From a virus (lineage: Duplodnaviria; Caudoviricetes): a stretch of 64,000 nt of DNA. The notes under the pieces were generated by a model. It saw only the letters and a program-made list of their open reading frames with translations. It searched no databases and was not told where the DNA came from. The stretch covers positions 1 to 64,000 of the IMG/VR virus record IMGVR_UViG_3300028805_002025. The stretch is one strand, 5' to 3'. A program made the translations under genes and the position numbers. How positions within the stretch are numbered: the first letter of the stretch is position 1; every line of letters starts with the position of its first letter. Shown here one piece after another: positions 24,840 to 35,538 of the stretch.

Positions 24840-26246
24840 TTATCTTTCGTCTAAAAAATCTACTAAACTACCCCTTCTGTATGGGTTTATATTAGCAACT
24901 CTAAGAAGTGCTTCGTCAATGGTAATCAACTGAGCATCAACAGCCTTGAAATAGTTATCAAGGTCATCGATATACTTCTCAATACCAACGATTGGTTCGA
25001 GTTCCATATTGAAACGAGGTATCTTAACATCCGATGGCTGGTTGATTTTGAATTTCTTCATCCTCTCGATAGCCAACTCTTCGAGTCTCCTCTTCTCAGC
25101 CTCTGCCTTTTCAGCCTCTTCAATTTGACGCTTTCTAGCCTCCTCTTCCTGTCTGATTCTCTCAGCCTCTGCCTCAGCTTTCTTGCGCTTAATCTCCTCG
25201 TATTCCTCTACGGTTAAACCACCAAGCTCATCCCATGTGATAGTGAAGAACTCGTTAGGGTTAACGCCATCAAGGTACTTAGGGTCAACACCATAGCAAT
25301 TATCAAAAGAGCCATAGTCTACATCATGCTTTTTCAACTGAATGTAGATGAATACCTCGTCCTCAGAAGAAATGAAGTTACCATGAGTAAACAGCTTGGT
25401 CGATGGATGAACTATGCAGGCATCCAGAGGCTTGTGGTCTGGCACAACGACACCGTTACCGTATACGATAGGTTCGTTGCTCTCAACCATGATAGACCTC
25501 TCAAACTGCTCTTCCTTAATCAGCTTACCGCTAGGAGACAGTACGTAACCGTCTGAGTAGTCACTGAATCCTTCTAGCTTAAGAACTATATGCCTTATGG
25601 TGTTGTCTACATCACTTCTAGGTGTGGTAGCAAGGTTGTGTTCGTCAAAGTCGATTACATCCTTTACATGCACCCAGGACATCGTTTTTGGGAAGAGCTG
25701 TAGACCAGCCTCATACTCAATACCGATGTGCTCACAGTCATTCTTAGACAGGGTGTAGATATTACCGACCTCTCCAGAAATCTGCTTCACAATCAATGAG
25801 TCAACCTTTACACCACCGTATTCGTCATGGATACCGATAAGCTTATATATCTTCTCAGAACCAGCGAAACCATCACATCCAGGAGTAGTAAGGGCATACT
25901 TCTCACCAACGATGAACCTAGGCATTGAGTCATAATTATCCTCAGCCTCTACAATTCCCATTTCGGTGAAATCGATAGCCTTGAAGAGGTTATTAGGCAT
26001 AGTGAATCTCTTCTCTACCTTTTTCTCCTCTCTCTTAGGATACCCGTATCTTATTTGTGGTACAATAAACTGTGTTGACTTACTTCTATAGTTCATATCT
26101 TCTGTGTAAACCAGTTGACTAACTGGGATTTTGATTTGACAATCTCTCGAAAACTGTAAAACTACGTTACCCTCGGAGTCAGTGACTGCTGAGTGGAGTA
26201 TGGTCTCCTTGGGCAACGTGAAGTTCATATTTTTTATCTTAGCCAT
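24840..26246 (-). CDS. hypothetical protein with a C-terminal coiled coil
   Basis: 468 aa, coupled to the telA-like gene. Confidence 0.8.
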   Translation of the reverse strand: MAKIKNMNFTLPKETILHSAVTDSEGNVVLQFSRDCQIKIPVSQLVYTEDMNYRSKSTQFIVPQIRYGYPKREEKKVEKRFTMPNNLFKAIDFTEMGIVEAEDNYDSMPRFIVGEKYALTTPGCDGFAGSEKIYKLIGIHDEYGGVKVDSLIVKQISGEVGNIYTLSKNDCEHIGIEYEAGLQLFPKTMSWVHVKDVIDFDEHNLATTPRSDVDNTIRHIVLKLEGFSDYSDGYVLSPSGKLIKEEQFERSIMVESNEPIVYGNGVVVPDHKPLDACIVHPSTKLFTHGNFISSEDEVFIYIQLKKHDVDYGSFDNCYGVDPKYLDGVNPNEFFTITWDELGGLTVEEYEEIKRKKAEAEAERIRQEEEARKRQIEEAEKAEAEKRRLEELAIERMKKFKINQPSDVKIPRFNMELEPIVGIEKYIDDLDNYFKAVDAQLITIDEALLRVANINPYRRGSLVDFLDER

Positions 26247-27588
26247 TATCTAACGAGAGCAAGTTTTGACCACGCTTGCCCTGGAGTTCTCTGGCTACAA
26301 TCTTCTGGGTTGAATCGGCAATGCCAATAGCCTTCATTGACATTTCCTTCTCCAACTTGACAAGCTCTGCCTCGGCAGCAGCACGTTTCTGAGCACCCTC
26401 CTGCTGAGCCTTCTGAACGCCCTCTACTGTAGCAAGCAGCTCCTGTGTGGTCTTACGAAGGGTCTCAATGTCAAGCACTGAACGCTGAGCCTGCTTAGCG
26501 ACCTCAATAGCTTGGGTCTTCATCATTTCAGCATTCTTCTTGAACATTTCATTGGTAGCCTCAGTCACCTTGTTACTAATCTCGATACTCTGCTTCTGGT
26601 TGTACAGAGCCACAGCAAGTGACATCTGGTTCTTCCACAGAGGGATAGTCATGGTAATCTGCTGCTCGGTGTTCTGAGCGTCCATCTGGTTGGTACGCTG
26701 GATAATACGAATCTGAGTCAGCGACTGCTTGAATGCGTAGCGCAACATAATAAGGTCTGTGATACGCTTGTCGAGAGCATTCTTATACTCCTCGATGTCG
26801 CTAATCTGATAGTCCTCGAACTCGGCTGCATTAGCCTTCATGTTCTCCAGAACCTGCTCCAGCTCCTGTGACTTCATCTTACCAGCGATGATAAGGTCTT
26901 CCAACTGGTCTACGTAGTCACAGTTATTCTGGAACTGCTTCTCCAAGTTGTTATTGTCACGGATAGCAATCTGACGAGTTGCCTCCAGCTTCTTCACGAT
27001 ACCGTCGATATTCTTCTGAATGGTGTTGTACTTAGCCTTCACCTGCTCAACGGAAATAACAAGTCTCTTGAGACCAGGAATTTTGCGGAGGAATTTCTTG
27101 ACAGCACCAGGTGCTTCAAGGTCATCGATATCAACCTCATGAAGCTCACCAAGCAGGTTAGCAATAAGGTCAGCCGACTCCAGGCTGTTCTCACGACTGA
27201 ATGACTGTGTGAGGAAGTCGCTGGAATAGGTATCCATTGCATGCTGCAAGTCAGAACCATAGGTAGAGATACTGGTCAAATCCTTCTCATTGAGGGATGA
27301 TGCAATATCCTTGTAGTACGCAAGGCTCTGAGGAGAGAGGTTCGCAATATTCACCTCACCGTTCTCATTGATGCGCTTCTGAGGGACGGATGGAGTGCCA
27401 CCCTTCAACTCAGCCTCAGCCTCTGCTGCAATCTCATCAGCAGCCTTTCTGGTTCTTTCAACCTTTGGTTTTGGGGCTGGTGTGGTAGTTCTCCTAGCTC
27501 TTCTTGTTCTTGTGGTTGTTGTGGTGGTTGCACCCTCCACTACCTCAGCATCAACAACTGTGGTTTGCTTTTTACTTCTTGTTGCCAT
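26239..27588 (-). CDS. telA: toxic anion/tellurite resistance protein TelA
   Basis: helical protein with QIRIIQ..N...IPLWKNQ motif. Confidence 0.85.
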   Translation of the reverse strand: MATRSKKQTTVVDAEVVEGATTTTTTRTRRARRTTTPAPKPKVERTRKAADEIAAEAEAELKGGTPSVPQKRINENGEVNIANLSPQSLAYYKDIASSLNEKDLTSISTYGSDLQHAMDTYSSDFLTQSFSRENSLESADLIANLLGELHEVDIDDLEAPGAVKKFLRKIPGLKRLVISVEQVKAKYNTIQKNIDGIVKKLEATRQIAIRDNNNLEKQFQNNCDYVDQLEDLIIAGKMKSQELEQVLENMKANAAEFEDYQISDIEEYKNALDKRITDLIMLRYAFKQSLTQIRIIQRTNQMDAQNTEQQITMTIPLWKNQMSLAVALYNQKQSIEISNKVTEATNEMFKKNAEMMKTQAIEVAKQAQRSVLDIETLRKTTQELLATVEGVQKAQQEGAQKRAAAEAELVKLEKEMSMKAIGIADSTQKIVARELQGKRGQNLLSLDNG

Positions 27589-27719
27589 TATTCTATTAAT
27601 TTAAAGTTATAATACTCAATTTGGTGCAAAGATATATTTTTTTTATGTGAATTCAAAATTTCCCGTGTTAAAAAAAGTAAATCAACAAAAAACTACCCAT
27701 GCTGTGGGTAGTTAATTGT

Positions 27720-28160
27720 TTAGAATGGGAGGTCATCTGCTGCGTCGCTTGCTGCTCCTGCGGCTGCTACTGCTGCTTGTTCGTCCTGCTTCTTCAGCTT
27801 TCCGAAGTCAGCTCCAGTCGTTGTTGCGGCTTCGCTTACCTGTGTTGTTCCAGAACCACTTGATACGAAATCAACTCTGTCTGCAAACACATCGTGTGAG
27901 ATAGCACTCTCTCCAGCCTTAGTCTTATAAATAGAAGTGCGAAGCACACCACGAACATCTACGTGACTACCCTTCTTCAAATGCTCCTGCATCTTGATGG
28001 CTCTGTCACTCGTCCACATTACATTTACCCACGTGGTGGTTCTCTCACCACCGTTAAAATCGTCAGTTGCTACCCTAAAGGATACCATCTTCTTTCCGTT
28101 CTTGGTTTCTCTGATTTCCGAATCAGCACCAAGCCTTCCTATCAGTTCTACATTCAACAT
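27720..28160 (-). CDS. ssb: single-stranded DNA-binding protein
   Basis: LIGRLGAD OB fold, DDLPF tail. Confidence 0.95.
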   Translation of the reverse strand: MLNVELIGRLGADSEIRETKNGKKMVSFRVATDDFNGGERTTTWVNVMWTSDRAIKMQEHLKKGSHVDVRGVLRTSIYKTKAGESAISHDVFADRVDFVSSGSGTTQVSEAATTTGADFGKLKKQDEQAAVAAAGAASDAADDLPF

Positions 28161-28187
28161 AATGAATAAAGTTAAGTTAAAAATAAA

Positions 28188-28445
28188 TTAGATATATAAA
28201 ATTAAATCTTTATCATTTTGAGTCAGAGACCAGCCCTGCTTCTTGAGGTCTTCAAGGTCTTCCACTGGCATATTTGAAGCAAGCAACTCATTGACATCTA
28301 TTGAGTAATAGTAGTCAAGAGTACCCCTGTCCATTTCCAACGATGGGTTGACATACACCTGTATGTTATACAACTCAGCAGCTGATATCTGATACTTGGT
28401 AGTATTGTTATCTCCAAGTGCATTCTTTAACTCTCCTAAAGTCAT
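28188..28445 (-). CDS. hypothetical protein
   Basis: 85-aa ORF. Confidence 0.6.
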   Translation of the reverse strand: MTLGELKNALGDNNTTKYQISAAELYNIQVYVNPSLEMDRGTLDYYYSIDVNELLASNMPVEDLEDLKKQGWSLTQNDKDLILYI

Positions 28446-28515
28446 ATTTTCTAATTTTACAGTGCAAAGATATATTAAAAATTTGAAAAAAACAAATATT
28501 TATAGAAAAAAAATT

Positions 28516-29022
28516 ATGAAACCAAGTAAATTTGTTACAGTTAAGGGTAAAAAAGCATGGTTAATGCTCCCTGGATTCAGTTGTTTTACCTGGAAGGGTT
28601 ATGCTTATTGCAAGTCACAGAAGGAGGCTGACAAGATTAACGCAACCGACAAAATTGACAGCCAGATGGAATCACACGAGACTATCCACATCAGACAAGC
28701 AGAGTCAATGAAAGATTCATGGTTCAGATTCTACACCAGATATGTCTGGGAATGGCTTCGTAACTTCTCTCTCATATTCGTTAACTTCTATGCCCCATAC
28801 AAGTTTATGGAAATTGAAATCGAGGCTTACCTAAACCAGGATGACTGGGACTACTGCATGCAAGGAACTAGATATCAGTGGTTTAAACTTGAGAAGTGTC
28901 TTACACTTAAGGAAAAACGTACTATGGCTAAGGAATATTATAAGAATAAAACCTATTACACAGCATTCCTTCGTAAAAAACTGAAAAAGATTGGATGTCT
29001 ATATGAAAAAAATGAGGACTAG
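28516..29022 (+). CDS. HExxH-containing hypothetical protein
   Basis: HETIH...EIEAY zincin-like motif; start MKPSK. Confidence 0.65.
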   Translation: MKPSKFVTVKGKKAWLMLPGFSCFTWKGYAYCKSQKEADKINATDKIDSQMESHETIHIRQAESMKDSWFRFYTRYVWEWLRNFSLIFVNFYAPYKFMEIEIEAYLNQDDWDYCMQGTRYQWFKLEKCLTLKEKRTMAKEYYKNKTYYTAFLRKKLKKIGCLYEKNED

Positions 29023-29044
29023 TCTCCTAGTCCTCATTTTTTTA

Positions 29045-30409
29045 TTAGAAGAATTTAATCTTATCCTCCTGTGCCTTGATGTTCATCTTTGGCTTCATAA
29101 AGAACTCAATGTTGACTGTTGGCTCAATGAGCTTCACTATCTCCTCCATTGGCTTGTAAGCGTCTGGAGCTTCGTCAAGGGTCTTCTCGTCGGCAGTGGT
29201 GGTGTAAATCCCAGCATCAGCCATCTGCTTCTTGAAAGCCTCTGCATCAAGTGTGTCGAAAGCCTTTGAACGGGACATAATACGTCCAGCACCATGAGGA
29301 GCTGTGTAGTTCCAGTCCTCGTTCGACTTACCTGTGCAGATTGAGATACCATCCCTCATATTGAATGGGATAATCACTCTCTCACCCTCGTAGGCACGGA
29401 TAGAACCCTTACGAATCATCATGTTTGGCTTTCCAGTCAGAGCCTTGAAGTCGTAGTCGATATAGTTGTGTGTGGTAGTGATGAAGTCAACTGGCTTTCC
29501 ACCGTCAGACATCTTCCTATATATATCCACAACCTGCTCGTTGATGACCTCGTGGTTCAGCTGCGCATAGACCTGGGCGATAAGCACATCAACCAAGTAG
29601 CCCATAAGGTGCTCACCAGAGAGGTAGCCTGGAATCCTATGGGAAAGGTACTCCTCCCTTGCAGCCTTCAGCTCCTCCTTTATCTTGGACTTGTCGGTAT
29701 TCTTAGCCTTGACGTTGTTCTCAAGCATCTTCATTTCCTCCTTGGAAACGGTCATACTCTTGGCAATCTTATTCCAGTAGTTGAACACAGCCAGACCCAG
29801 CTTACGTGACCCACAGTGTACGCATACGCAGTACTTACCCAACTCCTCGTTGACATCGTACTCCAGGAAGTGGTTACCACCCCCAACGCTACCGATAGAC
29901 TTCAAGAACACGCCATAGTCAATACGAACTCTGGTACACCACTTCTCCAAGTCCATCTCACTGTTGAAACGGATTGCGTAGTCAGCGAACTGAGGATACA
30001 ATGCGCACAGTCTATCCATAGCAGCATTCACTGCCTTAGTGATACGCTTCCACTCAATCTTAGACTTGTCGTTGATTGAGAAGCCGAAAGGTATCTCCTT
30101 ACGAATCTTGTGCTCGAACTCCTTCATGTTCTCATCCAGAATTGGCTTGTCAAAGAAGGTGGCTGATATGGTACAGCCTATGTCACAGCCAACGTGCTCT
30201 GGGTTAACATGGTCTTTCTCGATGTCAACAGGGCATGAGAAACCAACAACGATACCCTTACCATCATGGCAGTCTGGCATAATACGTATCTTTCTGTCCT
30301 TGAATGCGATACAATCCGCAATCCTGTATATTGTTGAGAATGCCGACTCCTCAACATTGTCTGTAAAGACCTTTACATCCTTACAATACTGTCCTTTAAT
30401 CTCTAACAT
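29045..30409 (-). CDS. rtcB: RNA ligase RtcB
   Basis: MPDCH, VGCDIGC, GGGNHF, HCGSR, HN, HGAGR, DEAPDAYK motifs. Confidence 0.95.
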   Translation of the reverse strand: MLEIKGQYCKDVKVFTDNVEESAFSTIYRIADCIAFKDRKIRIMPDCHDGKGIVVGFSCPVDIEKDHVNPEHVGCDIGCTISATFFDKPILDENMKEFEHKIRKEIPFGFSINDKSKIEWKRITKAVNAAMDRLCALYPQFADYAIRFNSEMDLEKWCTRVRIDYGVFLKSIGSVGGGNHFLEYDVNEELGKYCVCVHCGSRKLGLAVFNYWNKIAKSMTVSKEEMKMLENNVKAKNTDKSKIKEELKAAREEYLSHRIPGYLSGEHLMGYLVDVLIAQVYAQLNHEVINEQVVDIYRKMSDGGKPVDFITTTHNYIDYDFKALTGKPNMMIRKGSIRAYEGERVIIPFNMRDGISICTGKSNEDWNYTAPHGAGRIMSRSKAFDTLDAEAFKKQMADAGIYTTTADEKTLDEAPDAYKPMEEIVKLIEPTVNIEFFMKPKMNIKAQEDKIKFF

Positions 30410-30412
30410 AAT

Positions 30413-30952
30413 TTATTCCTCCGTTTTTTCTTCGTTTTGGTTAATATAAAGCATAATCTGCTTGAGCTGACCAGGCGTGAAACTATCCATTGGAAGACCA
30501 AGGATTGTCTTGCCCTTTGTGTTAGCCTTCTTCTTGTACTCTTCCATTTTCTGGAACTCCTTCATCATCTTGTCGATAGCTTTCTTTTCAGTAAGCTTCT
30601 CCTCAAGACCAGTTACGTCAATTCTGTTAGCACCGACCTCACTAAAGATGCTTGACAAATAGAAGAATGAACGCACAATCTCCTTCGCTTTCTCATAGTC
30701 AACAACTGATATCTGACCGCCATTATGGGCATGCAGTATATAGTTGTCACCAGTATTGAAAGAGGGTACAATAATCGATAAGTATGCGTCATTATGTACA
30801 CCAACATGGTCTGATATTCTCAGAACCTTTCCCTGTATTGTGTAATACCTTGACTTCAAACCAGCGGAAAACTCACACTTCCCATATTTCTTAATAAGGG
30901 AGTCAACGTAACGCTCTATTTTGTCCTTTGGACGAATGTATACTTTTGCCAT
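30413..30952 (-). CDS. hypothetical protein
   Basis: 179 aa, LRISDH motif. Confidence 0.7.
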   Translation of the reverse strand: MAKVYIRPKDKIERYVDSLIKKYGKCEFSAGLKSRYYTIQGKVLRISDHVGVHNDAYLSIIVPSFNTGDNYILHAHNGGQISVVDYEKAKEIVRSFFYLSSIFSEVGANRIDVTGLEEKLTEKKAIDKMMKEFQKMEEYKKKANTKGKTILGLPMDSFTPGQLKQIMLYINQNEEKTEE

Positions 30953-30955
30953 AAT

Positions 30956-31468
30956 TTACCCAAGACACGTTATTTTATTACCAATAAGGTTTTTTCTGTA
31001 AGTCTCAGCATCCTCTTTGCTTGAGAACATATTGTCAACAAGACTTCTCCAGTGGTCGGCTACCCTATCCTTACCATGATATGTCATCTGGACAATACCT
31101 CTTGAGTCGATGAAGTAGTACAACTCAGCTACATGGAAATCAGTAGCCTTAAGACGCTCACTCCTACTCCTGTCATTTGCAGACGTTACGGTATATTTGT
31201 TGAACTTCACTGAGAAATCAGTAATAACATACAGTCCACCAGGGAACTTTGAAGGAAGCTTGCCTGGATTAGGCACTACCAGAGTACCATTTGGGAACTT
31301 TCTAAGGCCAAGCTCCTCCTTGAGGATGCTCTCATCAAGCTTGAGATATGGTGGCAGAATCTTGCCAGATATTTCAAGAGAAAACACACCATTCTCAAGG
31401 GCTACAATGTCACCCTTCTTGATTCCGAACTCTGGGATGTTAATCTTAAAAGAAAAATAAGCCTTCAT
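30956..31468 (-). CDS. hypothetical protein
   Basis: 170-aa ORF. Confidence 0.7.
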   Translation of the reverse strand: MKAYFSFKINIPEFGIKKGDIVALENGVFSLEISGKILPPYLKLDESILKEELGLRKFPNGTLVVPNPGKLPSKFPGGLYVITDFSVKFNKYTVTSANDRSRSERLKATDFHVAELYYFIDSRGIVQMTYHGKDRVADHWRSLVDNMFSSKEDAETYRKNLIGNKITCLG

Positions 31469-31500
31469 ATTCTAATATAAATTAGTCATTAATAATCTTG

Positions 31501-32034
31501 TTACTTTATCGCATTGTTGAGTACCTTGCTCACCTGTCCACGTCTGAATCTCTCAACTCCAGCGTTGTAGTTATCCTTCTTGCACTCCTCAACGAAGTTG
31601 TCGAACTCCTCAATCGTCATGGAGTGTGGCAGGTATCTCTTAACCTTTTCAGCGTTGTCGAACGCTATGGTTGTTGGGCAAATAATAACCCTGTAGTCAA
31701 GGTTCTCCGTTATTAGTATATAGAACTGAGCGTTGAAGTGGTAATCTCTCATGGGTATTCCATAAGCTTCCAATGGTTTCAAAAACTCAAGCTTGTTAGA
31801 TTTGACCAGTTCATGAATTGCATCATCTATATCCTGTAAGTGGGACATTGAAGCATTAAACTTGGTTGTATACTTCCTAACACCCTCTTTGCTTTTCTTG
31901 AGTCCATTCAACATATTTTTCTTCATTTCACTCTCAGCCTCTCGTACACCAATATAGTACGGTAGTACGATTACCAGCAGAAAGATGAGAAAACCAATTC
32001 CAAATACTACTAAAATCTCATTCATTGTAACCAT
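31501..32034 (-). CDS. membrane-anchored hypothetical protein
   Basis: N-terminal TM segment. Confidence 0.7.
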   Translation of the reverse strand: MVTMNEILVVFGIGFLIFLLVIVLPYYIGVREAESEMKKNMLNGLKKSKEGVRKYTTKFNASMSHLQDIDDAIHELVKSNKLEFLKPLEAYGIPMRDYHFNAQFYILITENLDYRVIICPTTIAFDNAEKVKRYLPHSMTIEEFDNFVEECKKDNYNAGVERFRRGQVSKVLNNAIK

Positions 32035-32132
32035 GACCTTATCTTTTTATTTTTCTGCTTGCAAAATTAGACAAAAAATCTGAGATTACCAAATATAATC
32101 CCAGATTTTTAATTTCTTTAACGTTATAGGTG

Positions 32133-33074
32133 TTACATCACCTTGCCGTTCTTCTCAGTAATCAGACCTCGGAAGATGTCGATGATGAACGGACGCTGCT
32201 TGCGCTTGAACTCCGACTTGATGGAACGCTCGATGACCATTTCAACAGTAGCCTTTCCGTGCTTATTGCACAGGTCTTTAAACACTCCGTAGTCATAGTC
32301 CTTGGCAACCACCATAGTCTTAATTCGTGGGTCAAGACCAACCCATGCACATAGAATCTCGTCCACGTCATCGTAGGTCTTTCCTGGGGCAATCTGAGCA
32401 AGGTCTCCACCTTCTTTCACACCGTTACCATCGGTAGGCATAAGTGCAATGGATGCCTCAAGTGCCTTGGAATCCTTAAACACGTTCTTCTTCATCCACT
32501 TAGCTAGACCGTACACCTCGTGCTTCCACAAACCACCGATTGGGTTGAAATCACCATCATCACCATGAATTGTCCAAAAGCCCAGGAAGTGCTCTGTGAG
32601 GTTGTCAGTGTCCACCACCAGACCACGTGTCCTTGATGCAATGTCATACAGGGTGAGCATACGCAGACGTGCCTTAATGTTACCCTTTGAGATAGGAGTG
32701 TCTGGAATTGTAGAAATGGTATTCTTGCAGAATTCACTCATAACTTCAAATGGCTTCTGGAGGTTAATCTCGTCAAAGGTGGTACAGAACTCATTACCAG
32801 CCAGTGATGCAGCACTAATCTCGTCTTCCTTATTAGTTGAGCAAGGTAGACTGAATCCAGCAAGAACAGGTGCTTCACCACCCATGAACTTTGCCTGGTA
32901 TCTTACCAGTGCTCTGTTGCACAATGCTGCGGTTACTGTGGAATCAATACCACCACTGATGCCCAATACAAGGCACTTAATGTTATTATCTGATACGTAC
33001 TGAACGATACCGTCTACGATGTTGTCAAACACCTTCTTGTAATTCAACGGTTCTGTTCTAAATGTCTCTACCAT
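32133..33074 (-). CDS. nadE: NH3-dependent NAD+ synthetase
   Basis: LGISGGIDS, GNIKARLRM, GFWTIHGD motifs. Confidence 0.92.
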   Translation of the reverse strand: MVETFRTEPLNYKKVFDNIVDGIVQYVSDNNIKCLVLGISGGIDSTVTAALCNRALVRYQAKFMGGEAPVLAGFSLPCSTNKEDEISAASLAGNEFCTTFDEINLQKPFEVMSEFCKNTISTIPDTPISKGNIKARLRMLTLYDIASRTRGLVVDTDNLTEHFLGFWTIHGDDGDFNPIGGLWKHEVYGLAKWMKKNVFKDSKALEASIALMPTDGNGVKEGGDLAQIAPGKTYDDVDEILCAWVGLDPRIKTMVVAKDYDYGVFKDLCNKHGKATVEMVIERSIKSEFKRKQRPFIIDIFRGLITEKNGKVM

Positions 33075-33075
33075 A

Positions 33076-33888
33076 TTATTTCAATATTTTTAATTTTTGT
33101 TTATCTCTATATTCTTTATTATACTTTCTTATCTCCTCTTTATGGGTTTCACGATACTTTTTTTTCTTAGCCTTAAGTTCTTCTTTATGAGTCTCACGAT
33201 AAGATTTTATTTCTTGCTTATGGGCTTCACGCCATTCCCTAAGTTTTTTACTTATCTCTTCCCTATTAGCTTCACGATACTTTTTTTTATATTCTTTTTT
33301 TTCTTCCTTATGGGTTTCATAATACTCTTTATATTTTTCTTTATGATTATCATTATATGTTTTAAAATAGTCTTTTCTTTTTTCTTTTATTTCTTCTTTA
33401 TGAGAATGATAATAAACTCTTTGCAAAGCTAATAACCATTCTTTATTCTCTTCATAATATTTTTTAGTTATATTGTTAAGATGCTCTTTGTGCTCCCTAT
33501 AGTAACGTCTAGATTTTTCGTTGAAATATTCTTTATTAGCTTCATAATATTCTTTCTTGCGTTTCTTTTTTTCTCCATCAGTCAGTAGTGGCTTTTTACC
33601 TAGTTCACCACCTTTAGTCTTATTAAGAACAAAATAAGGACTATTATTACGATATTCACTTATCCAGTATTTTTCACGTTCAGCACCTTCTTCAACAGTC
33701 AAATCATTCTCAATGATTATCATTTTAGGATGCTCAACATGATGTTCGCTGCTGAATTTATATGTTGTTTCAGTTGAAATATGTTTATGCCTATAATGCC
33801 TTGACTTTGGATTAATGGTTCTACCAACATAAATGGTATTTAGTTCCTCCCATAGATAAACGTAAATATTATCTTTTTTCTCACTCAT
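33076..33888 (-). CDS. GIY-YIG homing endonuclease with basic helical repeats
   Basis: YVY...IYVGRT, LNKTKGGE, YRETHKEE repeats, low GC. Confidence 0.8.
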   Translation of the reverse strand: MSEKKDNIYVYLWEELNTIYVGRTINPKSRHYRHKHISTETTYKFSSEHHVEHPKMIIIENDLTVEEGAEREKYWISEYRNNSPYFVLNKTKGGELGKKPLLTDGEKKKRKKEYYEANKEYFNEKSRRYYREHKEHLNNITKKYYEENKEWLLALQRVYYHSHKEEIKEKRKDYFKTYNDNHKEKYKEYYETHKEEKKEYKKKYREANREEISKKLREWREAHKQEIKSYRETHKEELKAKKKKYRETHKEEIRKYNKEYRDKQKLKILK

Positions 33889-33941
33889 AGTAATATCTGT
33901 TTACTATAAATATTACTACAAGTGAGAAAAAGTCGATTTTT

Positions 33942-35231
33942 TTAAGAATTTTTCACAACTACAAGTGTATAATCTTTCTTACCCTTCTGGAGAAGCAGGT
34001 ATTTTCCGTTGATAAGGCTGCTCATGTCAATTACTGTCTTCTCGTCATTTACCTTCTCCTTGTTAATGGAGAAACCGTTAGCCTTGATGAGCTTACGAGC
34101 CTCTGACTTAGAAGGCACTTTATCGTGCATAGTAGCCAGGTCGATTACGGTCACACCACTGGAAAGCTGTTCCTTTGGAATCTGGGCAGTAGCAACCTCT
34201 CCCTTTATGAACTTCCATCCGTTCTCGTCTACGTCTTTGATATCAATGCCACCGAACAGGAATGCGGTAGCCTGTTCAACACCATCCAAGGCATCCTTGC
34301 CGTGAATCATGTCAGTCATGTACTCAGCCAGTCTTCTCTGCAATAAACGCTTGCTTGGGTTCTCACGGTGCTTGCTGATAAGCTCGGCAATCTCGTCTAA
34401 TGGGATAAGTGTGAAGAGCTTGATGTAACGCTCTGAGTCCTCGTCAGACTGATTCAGCCAGAACTGGAAGAACTCGTATGGGCTTGTCTTCTCTGGGTCA
34501 AGCCAAATGTTACCCTTCTCTGACTTACCGAACTTCGTACCATCAGCCTTCGTCACCAACGGCCAAGTCAACATACAGGCATCATCCTTACCAAGCATCT
34601 TACGAATCAGCTCAATACCAGTAGTACCGTTTCCGAACTGGTCACTACCACCAATCTGAAGCTTACAATCGTAATTCTTATACAGCTCAACAAAGTCGTA
34701 ACCCTGGAGAAGCTGATAGGTAAACTCAGTGAATGACATACCACTACCCTCACGTTCCAGACGCTTTTTAACAGAGTCCTTTGCCATCATGTAGTTAACG
34801 GTGATACACTTACCAACCTCACGTGCGAAATCGATAAATGAGAAGTTCTTCATCCAGTTGTAGTTATTGACCAGGATAGCAGCCTTGGGGTCATCGTTAT
34901 CAAAGTGAAGCAGCTTGCTCACCTGCTTGCGGATACCCTCGATGTTGTGCTCAACGGTCTCAGCACTCAGAAGCTTACGCTCCTCTGACTTAAATGATGG
35001 GTCTCCGATAAATGCCGTAGCACCACCCAAAAGAACAATAGGCTTGTGACCGTAGGACTGGAGCAACTTAGCGGTTGTAAACGCCAGCAAATGCCCAAGG
35101 TGAAGACTGTCCGCTGTGGGGTCAGTACCTACATAGAATACGGTTGGTTTACTAAGCAACTCTTCGAGGTTGCCAGAGAGACTTGCAATCAGTCCTCTCT
35201 CTTTCAATTCTTTAAGTAATGGATTATTCAT
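33942..35231 (-). CDS. tyrS: tyrosyl-tRNA synthetase
   Basis: DPTADSLHLGH, QIGGSDQ, KFGKS motifs, C-terminal S4 domain. Confidence 0.96.
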   Translation of the reverse strand: MNNPLLKELKERGLIASLSGNLEELLSKPTVFYVGTDPTADSLHLGHLLAFTTAKLLQSYGHKPIVLLGGATAFIGDPSFKSEERKLLSAETVEHNIEGIRKQVSKLLHFDNDDPKAAILVNNYNWMKNFSFIDFAREVGKCITVNYMMAKDSVKKRLEREGSGMSFTEFTYQLLQGYDFVELYKNYDCKLQIGGSDQFGNGTTGIELIRKMLGKDDACMLTWPLVTKADGTKFGKSEKGNIWLDPEKTSPYEFFQFWLNQSDEDSERYIKLFTLIPLDEIAELISKHRENPSKRLLQRRLAEYMTDMIHGKDALDGVEQATAFLFGGIDIKDVDENGWKFIKGEVATAQIPKEQLSSGVTVIDLATMHDKVPSKSEARKLIKANGFSINKEKVNDEKTVIDMSSLINGKYLLLQKGKKDYTLVVVKNS

Positions 35232-35538
35232 AAAATATTATCTAATGTTACAAACTATCTGTGTAAACTAGCAGTCTCCTTTTACTGAGTACAGCATTGA
35301 CGATTGAAAGCCTCTGCGCCTCCGTAATGGTTTCCTTCCTGGCTTTTCTCTTCTGCCTGGAGTTAGGGTTTCCATGCTCCTTTCTTCTAGAGCTGCTATT
35401 ACCCTTGTTTTTATTCTTGCCTCGCTTGAAAAAATACATAATCAATATAACAATCAATCCAATAACTAAATTTCTATTAGTCATTACGGGTGCAAAGTTA
35501 TAAAAAAAATCTGAAATAACAAAATTGTTTAACAAGTT

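Noticed and set aside
33076-33560. Low-complexity T-rich repeat as a DNA element
   Set aside because: Explained by Lys/Glu/Tyr-rich helical repeats in the GIY-YIG protein.
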